NCBI GenBank assembly: GCA_045588575.1
Contig: JAZNEJ010000008.1
Span: 108,060-172,059, forward strand
From: Eubacteriales bacterium
GTDB lineage: Bacteria > Bacillota > Clostridia > Oscillospirales > RGIG5299
Reading direction: 5' to 3'
DNA length: 64,000 nt
Each line of letters opens with the position of its first letter. Within the stretch, counting starts at the first letter, position 1. Below the pieces are notes generated by a model, which made no database searches, was not told where the DNA came from, and saw only the letters and a program-made list of their open reading frames with translations. Of this stretch, positions 53,973 to 63,630 are shown piece by piece. A program made the position numbers and the translations under genes.

Positions 53973-54421
53973 TTTTCTTTCCCCTTTCTTATTATAACAG
54001 TCCTCTCGTTGCCGTTTCCCGAAATTTCAACGGAAATTGCCTTTTCGGGAATTGCAAACGGAATGTTTTCCGACCATTCCGCCGCAATAATTGAATTTTC
54101 AGCGTCAACGTCGTAAAATCCTGTCATGTAAAGCTCGTTTTCACTGCTTATTCTGTAAAAATCGCAGTGCCAAACGGGAATTTCACATTCGTAAATATTT
54201 ATTATTGAAAAGGTTGGACTGGTAACGAGCGGCGTTTTATCCTCGCCGCCGTATTTTTCGAAAATTCCTTTAACAAGTCCTCTTGCAAAAACCGTTTTGC
54301 CCGCACCGAGATTTCCTTTAAAGGCAATAAAATCGCCTTTTTTTATTTCTCCGCTTAAAACAAGCTGTTTTGCAATATTTTCGGTTTCAAGCGGAGTTTT
54401 CGTTTTGAAAATATATTCCAT
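53969..54421 (-). CDS. tsaE: tRNA t6A biosynthesis ATPase TsaE
   Basis: GNLGAGKTVFARGL, SPTFSIIN and HCDFYR. Confidence 0.9.
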   Translation of the reverse strand: MEYIFKTKTPLETENIAKQLVLSGEIKKGDFIAFKGNLGAGKTVFARGLVKGIFEKYGGEDKTPLVTSPTFSIINIYECEIPVWHCDFYRISSENELYMTGFYDVDAENSIIAAEWSENIPFAIPEKAISVEISGNGNERTVIIRKGKEK

Positions 54422-56103
54422 TAAAAGAGTCCCGTAATAGTGCCGTCCTCGGCTATGTCTATTTTTTCCGCAGCGGGAACTTTGGGAAGACCGGGCATTG
54501 TCATAATATCGCCGGTTAAAACAACGAGGAATCTTGCTCCGGAAAGAATTTTAATTCTCTTAACGTTTATTTTAAAGCCTTTAGGTCTGCCGAGCTTTTT
54601 CATATCGTCGGTGAGTGAATATTGGGTTTTTGCAACGCAAATGTAGAAATCTTCAAAGCCGAGCTCTTTAATTTCAGCAAGATTTTTCTTTGCCTCGGCA
54701 TCAAAAACAACGCCGTCGGCACCGTAAACTCTTTTTGCAAGCTTTTCAATTTTAACCTCTGCGGGCTCGTCAAGCTCGTAGGGATGGCAAAGCTTTTCAA
54801 TTTCAGTGTTTTCGCAAACCTCGCAAACTCTTTTTGCAAGCTCAATGCCGCCCTCGCCGCCTTTGGTGAATACCTCGGCAACTGCGAAGGGAACGTTTTC
54901 TTCCTTACATATATCGGCTACTGCCTGAATTTCGGCATCGGTATCGCTGTAAAAACGGTTAATTGCTATAACGGGAGTTACGCCGTATGCCTTAATATTT
55001 GCAATATGTGCGCGAAGGTTTTCGGCACCTGCTTTAAGAGCCTCAACGTTTTCGAGGGTGAGATTTTCCTTTGCAATTCCGCCGTTATATTTAAACGAAC
55101 GGCAGGTTGCAACGATAACGACGGTATCGGGTTTAAGGTCGGCAATGCGGCACTTAATATCGAGGAATTTTTCTGCGCCGAGGTCGGAGCCGAAGCCTGC
55201 CTCGGTAATGCAGTATTCACCGAGCTTTAACGCCGTTTTCGTGGCCGTAACGGAGTTACAGCCGTGCGCAATGTTCGCAAACGGACCGCCGTGAACGAAA
55301 GCGGGCACGTTTTCAAGCGTTTGAACGAGATTGGGCAAAAGCGCATCTTTTAAAAGAAGCGTCATTGCGCCCTCGGCCTTTAGGTCGCCGGCGAAAACGG
55401 GCTTGCCCTGATAGTTATATGCAACTAAAATAGAAGCAAGGCGCTTTTTCAAATCTTTAATATCGGAAGAAAGGCACAAAATTGCCATAATTTCCGATGC
55501 AACGGTAATTGAGAAATGCTCTTCTCTGGGCATTCCGTTAACCTTGCCGCCAAGACCGACTATAACGTTGCGAAGCGCTCTGTCGTTTAAGTCTAAAACT
55601 CTGGGGAAAACAATTCTTCTGGGGTCTATTCCAAGCTCATTACCCTGAGTTAAATGGTTATCGAGCATTGCGGAAAGAAGATTGTTTGCCGCAGTAATTG
55701 CATGCATATCTCCGGTAAAGTGAAGGTTGATGTCTTCCATAGGCACAACCTGCGAATAACCGCCGCCTGCCGCGCCGCCTTTAACTCCGAAAACGGGGCC
55801 GAGAGAGGGCTCGCGAAGAGCCAAAACAGATTTTTTACCAATCTTTTTAAGAGCCTGAGCCAAGCCAACCGAAACGGTGGTTTTGCCCTCGCCTGCGGGG
55901 GTGGGGTTAACGGCAGTTACCAAAACGAGCTTGCCGTTTTTCTTATCTTTAAGTCTTTCACAAGCTTCAAGGCTTACTTTTGCTTTGTATTTTCCGTAGG
56001 GAATAAGCTCATCATCGGTTATTTCAAGTTGTTTTGCAATTTCGGTGATGGGAAGCATTTTCGCGCTCTGCGCAATTTCGATGTCAGTCAACATAATTTT
56101 CAT
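54421..56103 (-). CDS. fhs: Formate--tetrahydrofolate ligase
   Basis: [36 protein letters not shown] and [10 protein letters not shown]. Start M1 (56103) versus M4 (56094) is unresolved. Confidence 0.95.
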   Translation of the reverse strand: MKIMLTDIEIAQSAKMLPITEIAKQLEITDDELIPYGKYKAKVSLEACERLKDKKNGKLVLVTAVNPTPAGEGKTTVSVGLAQALKKIGKKSVLALREPSLGPVFGVKGGAAGGGYSQVVPMEDINLHFTGDMHAITAANNLLSAMLDNHLTQGNELGIDPRRIVFPRVLDLNDRALRNVIVGLGGKVNGMPREEHFSITVASEIMAILCLSSDIKDLKKRLASILVAYNYQGKPVFAGDLKAEGAMTLLLKDALLPNLVQTLENVPAFVHGGPFANIAHGCNSVTATKTALKLGEYCITEAGFGSDLGAEKFLDIKCRIADLKPDTVVIVATCRSFKYNGGIAKENLTLENVEALKAGAENLRAHIANIKAYGVTPVIAINRFYSDTDAEIQAVADICKEENVPFAVAEVFTKGGEGGIELAKRVCEVCENTEIEKLCHPYELDEPAEVKIEKLAKRVYGADGVVFDAEAKKNLAEIKELGFEDFYICVAKTQYSLTDDMKKLGRPKGFKINVKRIKILSGARFLVVLTGDIMTMPGLPKVPAAEKIDIAEDGTITGLF

Positions 56104-56878
56104 TTTCCTTTCTAAACTTTATTGCCAAAAGCTCATTTTCGGCAATCGTATCGGTTGCAACCATAAGCTTTTTGTTTTCTTTTAATACTTTTTTGGCAAC
56201 GTTATATTTTTTGGGATGCTCTATTTTAATTTCAAAATCTTCTCCAACCTGATTAAAGGTTAAAACGTCTTTATGTGTTAAAACAAGCTCCTTTAACGTT
56301 GCAACGAAAAGAGCGGATTCGTCGATAAAAAATTCTTTATTTTTGTGAAGCTTTTCGGGCTCGCCGTTTAAAACGTCTATATATTCTTTTGAAAGAGTAA
56401 GGTTTTTTCTAACCACTTTAAGAACAAAGTTTTCTTCGTTTTCCGAAATTTCGGAATAAAGAGCGCCGCCGTTTTCAAACATTGCGGCATAAGATAACGT
56501 CATAAACACCGTTTCGGTGAATTGAAGCCTATCGCAAACAATTTCCGCAAAGCATTCTTTAAGGTCAATTTTATAGGTAAACCCAATCTTTTTTATCTCC
56601 GAGCATTTAACAGCCTCGCCGAAAAGCTCCTCGAAAAAGGTCGTGCAATTAAGAGAAGTGGGGAAAAAGCCCAAAATTCCGCGAAAAACCGCGCTTCTGA
56701 AGGTAAATCTTTTAATAACTGCCTTGCAGGCGTTTAATTTTTCTTTCAGCTCCGATTTTTCGGCTTCCGTTTGAGCATCTTTAATTTTTTCCGAAATGCT
56801 TTCCATTATGCTAACCGAGGAATTAAGAAAAGCGTCTTCCGCTTGGCCGAAAAGAACAGTTGATATACTTTTTTTCAT
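56084..56878 (-). CDS. Hypothetical protein (co-transcribed partner of Spo0A-C-like gene)
   Basis: 264 aa with no motif I can name. A 4-nt overlap with the upstream gene and a 20-nt overlap with fhs imply one transcription unit. Confidence 0.4.
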   Translation of the reverse strand: MKKSISTVLFGQAEDAFLNSSVSIMESISEKIKDAQTEAEKSELKEKLNACKAVIKRFTFRSAVFRGILGFFPTSLNCTTFFEELFGEAVKCSEIKKIGFTYKIDLKECFAEIVCDRLQFTETVFMTLSYAAMFENGGALYSEISENEENFVLKVVRKNLTLSKEYIDVLNGEPEKLHKNKEFFIDESALFVATLKELVLTHKDVLTFNQVGEDFEIKIEHPKKYNVAKKVLKENKKLMVATDTIAENELLAIKFRKENENYVD

Positions 56879-57564
56879 ATTAAATCCTCTCTTGCTTCTT
56901 TCAAAACGCCGTAAATAAATTCCGAAAGCTCGGGAACTTCTTCATTTTTCTTTTTGTAGAAATCTCTGACCTCGGCTCTGGCACTGCTTTCAACGGCAGC
57001 GGAAGTGGTATGAAGAGATTTTGCGGCGTTTAAATAAACGTCGGTTATATAAGGCTTTTCCCTGCATTCCGAAACAATGCAAATAACCTTAACCAAAAAT
57101 ATAAAGCCCGAATGCTTCGGATTAAACCCTCTTTTAAAGAGAATTTCGGAAACCTTTTCAAATGATACCTTGGGATAATAACGTGATTTAACTCGCTCGT
57201 TTTTAATTTCTCTAACCGATTTTTCAAGGTCGGAAGCCTTATATGGCGCTATAATAACGCCGCTCGCCTCCGATTCCGTTAAACGGTTTAATGCAATTTC
57301 ACTTCTCGAATGGGATATTACAATTATATCAGCATTGGGATATTTTTCTTTAATCGCCTTGCAGCTTTCGGCGGCATCAAGAGCCAAATAATCGGTTGAA
57401 ATTATAAAAATATCGGGTTTAAATTCCAACTCCCCGTTAAACTCCGAGGGCTTTTTCAAAAACGAGCCTATAAGGCTCAAATTCGAGCTTTTATTAACAA
57501 TTTCTTCGGTTTCTTTAAGAAAAAAAGAGTTATTACATACTATAACGGTATTATATATAGACAT
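56875..57564 (-). CDS. Spo0A-C-domain-like protein with degenerate receiver domain
   Basis: The N-terminus has a receiver-like alternation, but VCNNS replaces the acidic DD pair. The C-terminus aligns by eye with the Spo0A DNA-binding domain (GFNPKHSGFIFLVKVI ~ [27 protein letters not shown] ~ [11 protein letters not shown]). Confidence 0.5.
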   Translation of the reverse strand: MSIYNTVIVCNNSFFLKETEEIVNKSSNLSLIGSFLKKPSEFNGELEFKPDIFIISTDYLALDAAESCKAIKEKYPNADIIVISHSRSEIALNRLTESEASGVIIAPYKASDLEKSVREIKNERVKSRYYPKVSFEKVSEILFKRGFNPKHSGFIFLVKVICIVSECREKPYITDVYLNAAKSLHTTSAAVESSARAEVRDFYKKKNEEVPELSEFIYGVLKEAREDLI

Positions 57565-57630
57565 AAATTTACTCCTTCTCTTAAAATACTACAATTATTA
57601 TATCAAATTTATCTTAATTTTACAATGGTT

Positions 57631-58359
57631 TTAACTTCTTTTTTCGGTTTGAATATAAACTATTTCTTTAACCTTAAAGCCGATAGATTTATAAATTTTA
57701 CCCGCTTTTTCGTCAAAATAAGTTATAAGCGAAGTTTTGCCCGCTTTTTTAAGGCAGCTTGCGGCGTGCAAAACGATTTTCGAAGCATAACCTCTGTTTC
57801 TTGCAAGCTTTGAGGTGGCAACCGCGCCTATTAAAGCGCCGCTTTCGCCTTCGCCCAAAACGGCGGCGGTTGAAAGAGCGTTATTTTCGTCTTTTATAAT
57901 ATAAGTTTTAAGTCCGAGCTTTGCTCGCTCAAACGAGGTTACGTAATATTCGTCCTTTTCGGGCAAAACGAAGCCCACCGACGTTAAAAGATTGTAGCAA
58001 AGGTCGTAATCTCTGCCCGTTGCTTCCAAAATCATCTCTTTTTCGGTTTCTTCTTCGCCTTCAAATTCGCAAATGAAAAGCTTTTCCATATCTTCAAAAA
58101 GCTTTTCTTCCGAAACCGTTTCTTTAATTTTAAGCGCCTTTAAAAATTCGGTTATTTCCGCTTTTTCGTCTTCGCTCGGCGTTTTTTCAAAAATAAGGTA
58201 TGCCGAGGGAAATTTAACCGAGATAAGCGAAACCGTTTCACCTTTTTCGTTGAAAACCGAATAGAGTGTTCCTAACCCGAAATTAAAATAAATTGCCTTT
58301 ATTCCTTTTTTTGAAATGAGATTTTTTTCAAAATCCGAAGGAGCCACAGCCGAAATCAT
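57631..58359 (-). CDS. GNAT family N-acetyltransferase
   Basis: C-terminal IGAVATSKLARNRGYASKIV...AGKIYKSIGF (acetyl-CoA binding motif A). Confidence 0.7.
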   Translation of the reverse strand: MISAVAPSDFEKNLISKKGIKAIYFNFGLGTLYSVFNEKGETVSLISVKFPSAYLIFEKTPSEDEKAEITEFLKALKIKETVSEEKLFEDMEKLFICEFEGEEETEKEMILEATGRDYDLCYNLLTSVGFVLPEKDEYYVTSFERAKLGLKTYIIKDENNALSTAAVLGEGESGALIGAVATSKLARNRGYASKIVLHAASCLKKAGKTSLITYFDEKAGKIYKSIGFKVKEIVYIQTEKRS

Positions 58360-58361
58360 TT

Positions 58362-59354
58362 TTAACCCTCAATAAAAGCCTTAACCGTTTTAAAAACGGC
58401 AACGGCGTCGTTAAGGTCAACCGTTTCGGCGGGAGTGTGAATGTTTCTCACAGGGACTGCAATTGCGCCCGTTTTTGCGCCGCCCTTGGTGTATTGAAGT
58501 GCCGCCGCATCGGTTGATGCGTAATCTTTAATGTCTGCCTGAGCTAAAACCTCTGCTTTTTTTGCGGCTTCAAAAAGCTCGCCCACAAGCTCGGAGTTGC
58601 AAATTATGCCGGCATCGGCAATTCTTATGCCCGCACCCTTTGAAAGCTCGGTTCCTTTTCTCTTTGCGCCAGGCAGAGCGCCCGATGAAGAAACGTCAAT
58701 TGCAAGACAAATATCGGGTTCAATATCGAAGCCGACTGTTTTTGCGCCTCTTAAACCAACCTCTTCCTCAACGGTGAAGCAAAAATAAAGCTCGTAATCA
58801 CTTTTTTTAACGCTTTTAATAAGCTCGAAAAGAATAACGCATCCGAGCTTATTATCAATTGCACGGGAGGTCATTTTTTCGCCCATTAAAGCCGCCGTTG
58901 TTTCGGGTGCGCCCGCAGTTAAGGGAGGCAAAATTTTCTCCGCATCACACTTGTTTCCTGCGCCGACGTCTATATAAAGGTCGGTTATTTTAAGCTCGTC
59001 GAGCTTTGCGTTTTGTTCGGGAGCAATAACGCCCGTTACACCGTTTGCAAAGCTGACTCTGCGGTAGATAAGACCTTTTAAGTTAACTCCGCCGAGTGCG
59101 GAAAAGCGAATAAATCCGTTTTCCTCCGCATAAAGCGAAATTATGCCTATTTCGTCGGCGTGCGCCGTTATTAAAAGCTTTTTTGCGCCCGAATTTTCTT
59201 TTTTGCAAACGAGATTTCCGCGTTTATCGAAATAAACCTCGTCGCAAAACGGCTCGGCTTTTTCTTTGTAATAGTTTAAAAGATTTTTTTCAAAGCCCGA
59301 GGGCGCTAATATTTCAAGCGTTTTTTCAAACTCGTTAAACAATGCTTTAATCAT
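58362..59354 (-). CDS. M42 family metallopeptidase (paralogue 1 of 3)
   Basis: ITAHADEIG, SRAIDNKLG and FTVEEEVGLRGA. Confidence 0.85.
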   Translation of the reverse strand: MIKALFNEFEKTLEILAPSGFEKNLLNYYKEKAEPFCDEVYFDKRGNLVCKKENSGAKKLLITAHADEIGIISLYAEENGFIRFSALGGVNLKGLIYRRVSFANGVTGVIAPEQNAKLDELKITDLYIDVGAGNKCDAEKILPPLTAGAPETTAALMGEKMTSRAIDNKLGCVILFELIKSVKKSDYELYFCFTVEEEVGLRGAKTVGFDIEPDICLAIDVSSSGALPGAKRKGTELSKGAGIRIADAGIICNSELVGELFEAAKKAEVLAQADIKDYASTDAAALQYTKGGAKTGAIAVPVRNIHTPAETVDLNDAVAVFKTVKAFIEG

Positions 59355-59356
59355 GG

Positions 59357-60325
59357 TTAAATCCTTTCGTTTAAGGCTTCTATTGCCTTTATAAGTGATG
59401 AAATATCGTTTTCATCGGCAATTCCGAGCGGTGTGTTTGCATTTTTAACGGGAAGCGAAAGGGTTAAAACCGCCGCTCCGCCATTAGATGCCGCAATTTC
59501 GCCCGCACCGTTTGCATCACCCTTTTGAAGCAAAAGCTGATAAGGTATTTTTTCTTCTTCAAACACCTCTTTTGCTTTAACGAAAAGCTCTGCATCGGAA
59601 AATGCGGTTTGAGTAAATCGGGTTAAAGCAATACCGCCGCCCATTTTCAGTTCGTTTTCGGCGCAGGCAAAATCAAGATAAACCGCAATATCGGGTTTTA
59701 AATAAAACGCCGCCGTTTTAGAGCCTAAAAAGCCCGTTTTTTCACATACCGCAAAAACGAAAAAGGTGTTGTATTTCGGTTTTTTCTTAATTATCTCAAT
59801 TAAAGCGTAAACGCTTGCTCTCGTTTCAACCGATTTTGCAAAAATTTTGTTTCCCTCTTTAAAAAATGCGGGAGCAAAGCAAACGGGAGCGCCCTCGCAA
59901 AGCTCCTTTTCGGCGGAACGAAGGTTTTCAAAGCCGAAATCAACCGATAATTCCTCGGTTTTTAAAAGCCTTTTTTTGTCTTCCTCGCTTGAAAGATGAA
60001 CGGGAATTTGACTTATAACGCCGAGCCTTCCGTTTGCCGAAACCTTTTTACCGAAAAGCGATTCGGGCGCAGTTTTTCCCACTGCCGTAAGACGCGCGTT
60101 TCCGTTTTCGTCAAAACCCGAAATTAAAAATCCGTTTTCATCAAGCGGCGCAAAAAAGCAAACGGTTTTTTCGCGGCTTTCGCCCGAAACGAAAGCAGCC
60201 AAATCGCCCGAGGGCAAAATTTTAATTTCGGCATAGTCTTTAATTTCGTTTATAATCGTTTCTTTAATTTGAGCCTCAAAGCCCGAAACACCCGAGGAGA
60301 TGCAAAGATTTTTTAAAAGCTCCAT
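59357..60325 (-). CDS. M42 family peptidase-like protein (paralogue 2 of 3, diverged)
   Basis: Same length and layout, but the metal motifs are weakened (FAPLDENG, VETRAS, FAVCEKTGFLGS). Confidence 0.65.
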   Translation of the reverse strand: MELLKNLCISSGVSGFEAQIKETIINEIKDYAEIKILPSGDLAAFVSGESREKTVCFFAPLDENGFLISGFDENGNARLTAVGKTAPESLFGKKVSANGRLGVISQIPVHLSSEEDKKRLLKTEELSVDFGFENLRSAEKELCEGAPVCFAPAFFKEGNKIFAKSVETRASVYALIEIIKKKPKYNTFFVFAVCEKTGFLGSKTAAFYLKPDIAVYLDFACAENELKMGGGIALTRFTQTAFSDAELFVKAKEVFEEEKIPYQLLLQKGDANGAGEIAASNGGAAVLTLSLPVKNANTPLGIADENDISSLIKAIEALNERI

Positions 60326-60329
60326 AATA

Positions 60330-61310
60330 TCACCTCAAAAAGCGAAGCGCCGCATTAAAGGCGGCCTCTATATCGAGCTTATTGCAAAGCTCAACCGCAG
60401 TGTGCATACTTTTTATGGGCACCGATATAAGCGCAGTTTTAACGCCTGCTTCACAGCTTGAAATCAAATCGGCATCGGTTCCCGTTTTGCCGCCCATAAC
60501 CTCTTTGGTGTGAGGAATTTCGTTTTCAATGCAAAGCTTAATTATATTTTGAGTCATCTCGTTATTCAAAACGGGCGAAACGCCGATTGCCGCACCGCTT
60601 CCCAAAGGCTTTGCCTTTCTTTCGGAAACGCCCTCCGATAAGGCAAAGGTTACGTCGAAAACGATGGCAGAGGAAATATTTTCGTTATGGCAAACCGTTT
60701 TAGCGCCTCGGCATCCCGCCTCCTCCTCGGAGGTGAATGCAAAAATATAGCTTCTGTTCGGATTATTTTCTTTTGAAAGCGCTTCAATTAACATAAGCGA
60801 AATCAAACAGCCTATTCGGTTGTCAAGGGCGCTAGCCGTTATTTTGTTTTCCGAAAGCAGTGTAAATTCTCTTTCGTATAAAACGGGCGCGCCTATTTTA
60901 ACCTGATTTGTAAGCTCGTCTTCGCTTAATCCCGTATAAATTAAAAGCTCCTCGCTTGTCAATGCCGCTTCGGCGTCTTTCTTTTTAAGGGCGGTGGCAG
61001 AAATTTTTCGGCTGCCCAAAATTTTAAGAGGAGAACCGATAACGGTGCGAATATCTGCGCCAAAGGGCGAAATAACCTTAATGTTTTCGCCGCAAATCTC
61101 GCTTACCGACATATTAACCTCGTCGTAATGCGAGGCTATTAAAATTTTTTCTTCACCGTTTCCAACACGGGCAACAACGCTTCCGCCTTTTGAAACGGAA
61201 ACGTCATCGGCATATTCTTTTATAAGCGAAACAAGCTTTTCCTTATCGCCCTCATGAGAGGTGGGAAGATACATTTCGCAAAGGCGCTTTAAAACGTTAG
61301 TTATTTCCAT
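60330..61310 (-). CDS. M42 family metallopeptidase (paralogue 3 of 3)
   Basis: IASHYDEV, ASALDNRIG and FTSEEEAGCRGA. Confidence 0.8.
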   Translation of the reverse strand: MEITNVLKRLCEMYLPTSHEGDKEKLVSLIKEYADDVSVSKGGSVVARVGNGEEKILIASHYDEVNMSVSEICGENIKVISPFGADIRTVIGSPLKILGSRKISATALKKKDAEAALTSEELLIYTGLSEDELTNQVKIGAPVLYEREFTLLSENKITASALDNRIGCLISLMLIEALSKENNPNRSYIFAFTSEEEAGCRGAKTVCHNENISSAIVFDVTFALSEGVSERKAKPLGSGAAIGVSPVLNNEMTQNIIKLCIENEIPHTKEVMGGKTGTDADLISSCEAGVKTALISVPIKSMHTAVELCNKLDIEAAFNAALRFLR

Positions 61311-61322
61311 TTATTTTTCCTT

Positions 61323-62660
61323 TCAAAGAGCGTTTACAAGCTCGCAAAAGCGATTTCCTCTCTCCTCGAAATTTTTAAACTTATCAAAGCTTGCCGATGC
61401 GGGCGAAAGCATAACCACGTCGCCCTTTTCGGCTCTTTCAAAAGCCGCTTTAACGGTTTGGTCAAATTCCTCGCAAACGATAATTTCCATATCTTTTTTT
61501 GCCGAAATTACCGCATTTTTAATTTTTTCGGCGGTATCACCCGTTAAAACAAGCGTTTTAACTCTTTCGGCAACGGTTTTTCCAAAATCGGTGTAATCCA
61601 AATGCTTATCGTAGCCGCCTGCGATTAAAATGATTTTTTTATCAAACGACAACAGTCCCGCCGTTGAGCGCGAGGGGCTGGTGCCTATTGAATCGTTATA
61701 AAACGAAACGCCGTTAACCTCTCTTATAAACTCAATTCGGTGCCTTACTCCGCCAAAATTTTGCGCAACCTTTTTAACGGTTTCTTTTGAAACGTCGCCG
61801 TAAACCGCCGCAATTGCCGCCATATAGTTTTCAACGTTATGCTCGCCGGGAATTTTGATATCTTTTTTATCTAAAATAAACTCGTCTTTAAAATAAATTT
61901 TTCCGTTTTCCTCAAAAACGCCGTCTTTCGAGGCGCCTTTTTTTGAAAAATATATTACCTCGCCCTTTGCCTCGCTCTTAAAGCCGTTGGTTATTTCGTT
62001 ATCGAAATTCAAAATTACCTTATCCGCCTTATTTTGATAAAGGAATATGTTCTTTTTAGCCTCGATATATTCTTCGAAATCCTTATGCTTATCGAGATGG
62101 TTGGGCGCCAAATTTGTTACCACCGAAACGGCGGGACTTTTTTTCATTGTGTGAAGCTGAAAGCTCGAAAGCTCCAAAACAACGAGGTCGTCTTTATTCA
62201 TTTCAAAGGCTTTATGGCAAAGGGGTGTGCCTATATTTCCGCCGAGCCACACCTTTTTGCCCTCGGTTTTCAGCATTTCGCTTATCAGAGTTGTGGTGGT
62301 GGTTTTGCCGTCGGAGCCGGTTACCGCAATAATTTTTGCGGGACAAAGCTCAAAAAGCATTTCTATTTCACTCGTAAGATATGCGCCTCTTTTAACCGCT
62401 TTTTCAATGCCTTTTTCGTCAAAACGCATTCCGGGCGAGCGGAAAAGAATATCTTCGTCTATATTTTCAAGATATTTTTCACCCAAAACAACTCGGTCGG
62501 GGGTTATTCCGTCGGGTAGCGTTAATTTTTCGTTTTTATCTCTTACGGTTATAATGCCCCCGAAGCTTTTTAACCAGCTTATAAGCGGAAGATTGCTCAC
62601 TCCCGCTCCCAAAATTGCTATTTTTTTATTTGCAACAAATCGGCGAAATTCTGATTCGGT
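61323..62660 (-). CDS. murD: UDP-N-acetylmuramoylalanine--D-glutamate ligase
   Basis: AILGAGVSN and VTGSDGKTTTTTL. ATG at 62660 has GGGAGAG 9 nt upstream, so the listed longer ORF runs into the upstream gene. Confidence 0.9.
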   Translation of the reverse strand, partial: TESEFRRFVANKKIAILGAGVSNLPLISWLKSFGGIITVRDKNEKLTLPDGITPDRVVLGEKYLENIDEDILFRSPGMRFDEKGIEKAVKRGAYLTSEIEMLFELCPAKIIAVTGSDGKTTTTTLISEMLKTEGKKVWLGGNIGTPLCHKAFEMNKDDLVVLELSSFQLHTMKKSPAVSVVTNLAPNHLDKHKDFEEYIEAKKNIFLYQNKADKVILNFDNEITNGFKSEAKGEVIYFSKKGASKDGVFEENGKIYFKDEFILDKKDIKIPGEHNVENYMAAIAAVYGDVSKETVKKVAQNFGGVRHRIEFIREVNGVSFYNDSIGTSPSRSTAGLLSFDKKIILIAGGYDKHLDYTDFGKTVAERVKTLVLTGDTAEKIKNAVISAKKDMEIIVCEEFDQTVKAAFERAEKGDVVMLSPASASFDKFKNFEERGNRFCELVNAL

Positions 62661-63630
62661 CATTATCTTCATCTCTCCCAATAGGCACAATGCGCGAAAG
62701 CGCACCGTATTTTGCCTCAATATATTTAAGATTTTTCTTTTTTTGCCCCAAAGCCATTGAAAGCTCGTTCGGACAAACCTCAAAAACGGGGTTTCTCGTT
62801 TGTTTTTTTTGCATTATCGCATCTATTTTTTTGCGGTAAATTTCCGAATAAACAAGCTCACCGAAGGCAGCGTGATACGGTCCTGCCACTATACTTTCGG
62901 GCGAGATATCGGAATGAAGCCCCATTCGAATTACCTTAATTCCGTTTTCGTTAAAAAGCTCATACATCTCGGCAGTTAAATCCACTGCCGTTTCGAGCGA
63001 ATAAGGCGTAAATTTACCTTCGTTATAAAGTGTTTCAAGCTTGGTGTTTTTTATTACGAGCGTTGGATAAATTCTAACGCCAAACGGCTTTATTTCTAAA
63101 ATTTTTCTTGCCGTTTCAAGCGTTTTTTCGGGTGTATCGAGCGGTAACCCCGGCATAAATTGAAGAATAAGCCTGATTCCCGCCTCTTTAAGAAGACGGC
63201 TCGCCTTAACCGTATCTTCCGCAGTATGCCCTCTTTCCGAAGCCGCCAAAATTTCATCGTCCATACTCTGTGCGCCGAGCTCTAAATCGGTTACGTTATA
63301 TTTTTTTAAAATTTCAATAATTTCCTCATCAACTGCATCGGGCCTTGTGGATGCTCTTATTCCCGTTATTTCGCCGTAAGCCAAAAACTCGTTTGCAACC
63401 TTTAAATATTCAACCATAAGGTCTTTTTCTATTGCGGTAAAGCTTCCGCCGAAAAATGCAATTTCCGCTTTTTTGCCTTTTAACCCCTTAACCGCTTTTT
63501 TCAAGATTTCTCTAACCTCGCTTGGCGTGGGGGCTTTGCCTTTGCCCGAAATTTTCACCTGATTGCAAAAAACGCAGGTGTGCGGACAGGCAAGATGCGG
63601 AATGAAAATTCCAATGTTTGCGTGTTTCAC
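62626..63630 (-). CDS. Radical SAM protein (ELP3/HemN-like, function unassigned)
   Basis: CPHTCVFCNQ (CX3CX2C) near the N-terminus and TIM-barrel-like spacing. Downstream of rnc. Confidence 0.7.
   Translation of the reverse strand: MKHANIGIFIPHLACPHTCVFCNQVKISGKGKAPTPSEVREILKKAVKGLKGKKAEIAFFGGSFTAIEKDLMVEYLKVANEFLAYGEITGIRASTRPDAVDEEIIEILKKYNVTDLELGAQSMDDEILAASERGHTAEDTVKASRLLKEAGIRLILQFMPGLPLDTPEKTLETARKILEIKPFGVRIYPTLVIKNTKLETLYNEGKFTPYSLETAVDLTAEMYELFNENGIKVIRMGLHSDISPESIVAGPYHAAFGELVYSEIYRKKIDAIMQKKQTRNPVFEVCPNELSMALGQKKKNLKYIEAKYGALSRIVPIGRDEDNDRIRISPICCK

Noticed and set aside
54622-56115. Long plus-strand ORFs (202 aa and 153 aa) antisense to fhs.
   Set aside because: They are antisense to an unmistakable formate-tetrahydrofolate ligase gene, with low-complexity, Cys/Phe/Asn-rich translations and no SD.
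62626-62660. The 35-nt overlap between the radical SAM gene's 3' end and the murD 5' end as a possible programmed frameshift or fusion.
   Set aside because: The two are in different frames and each has normal termini. Overlaps of this size occur with tight operon packing, and I saw no slippery sequence. The murD start itself (62660 vs 62669) is only inferred from SD spacing.
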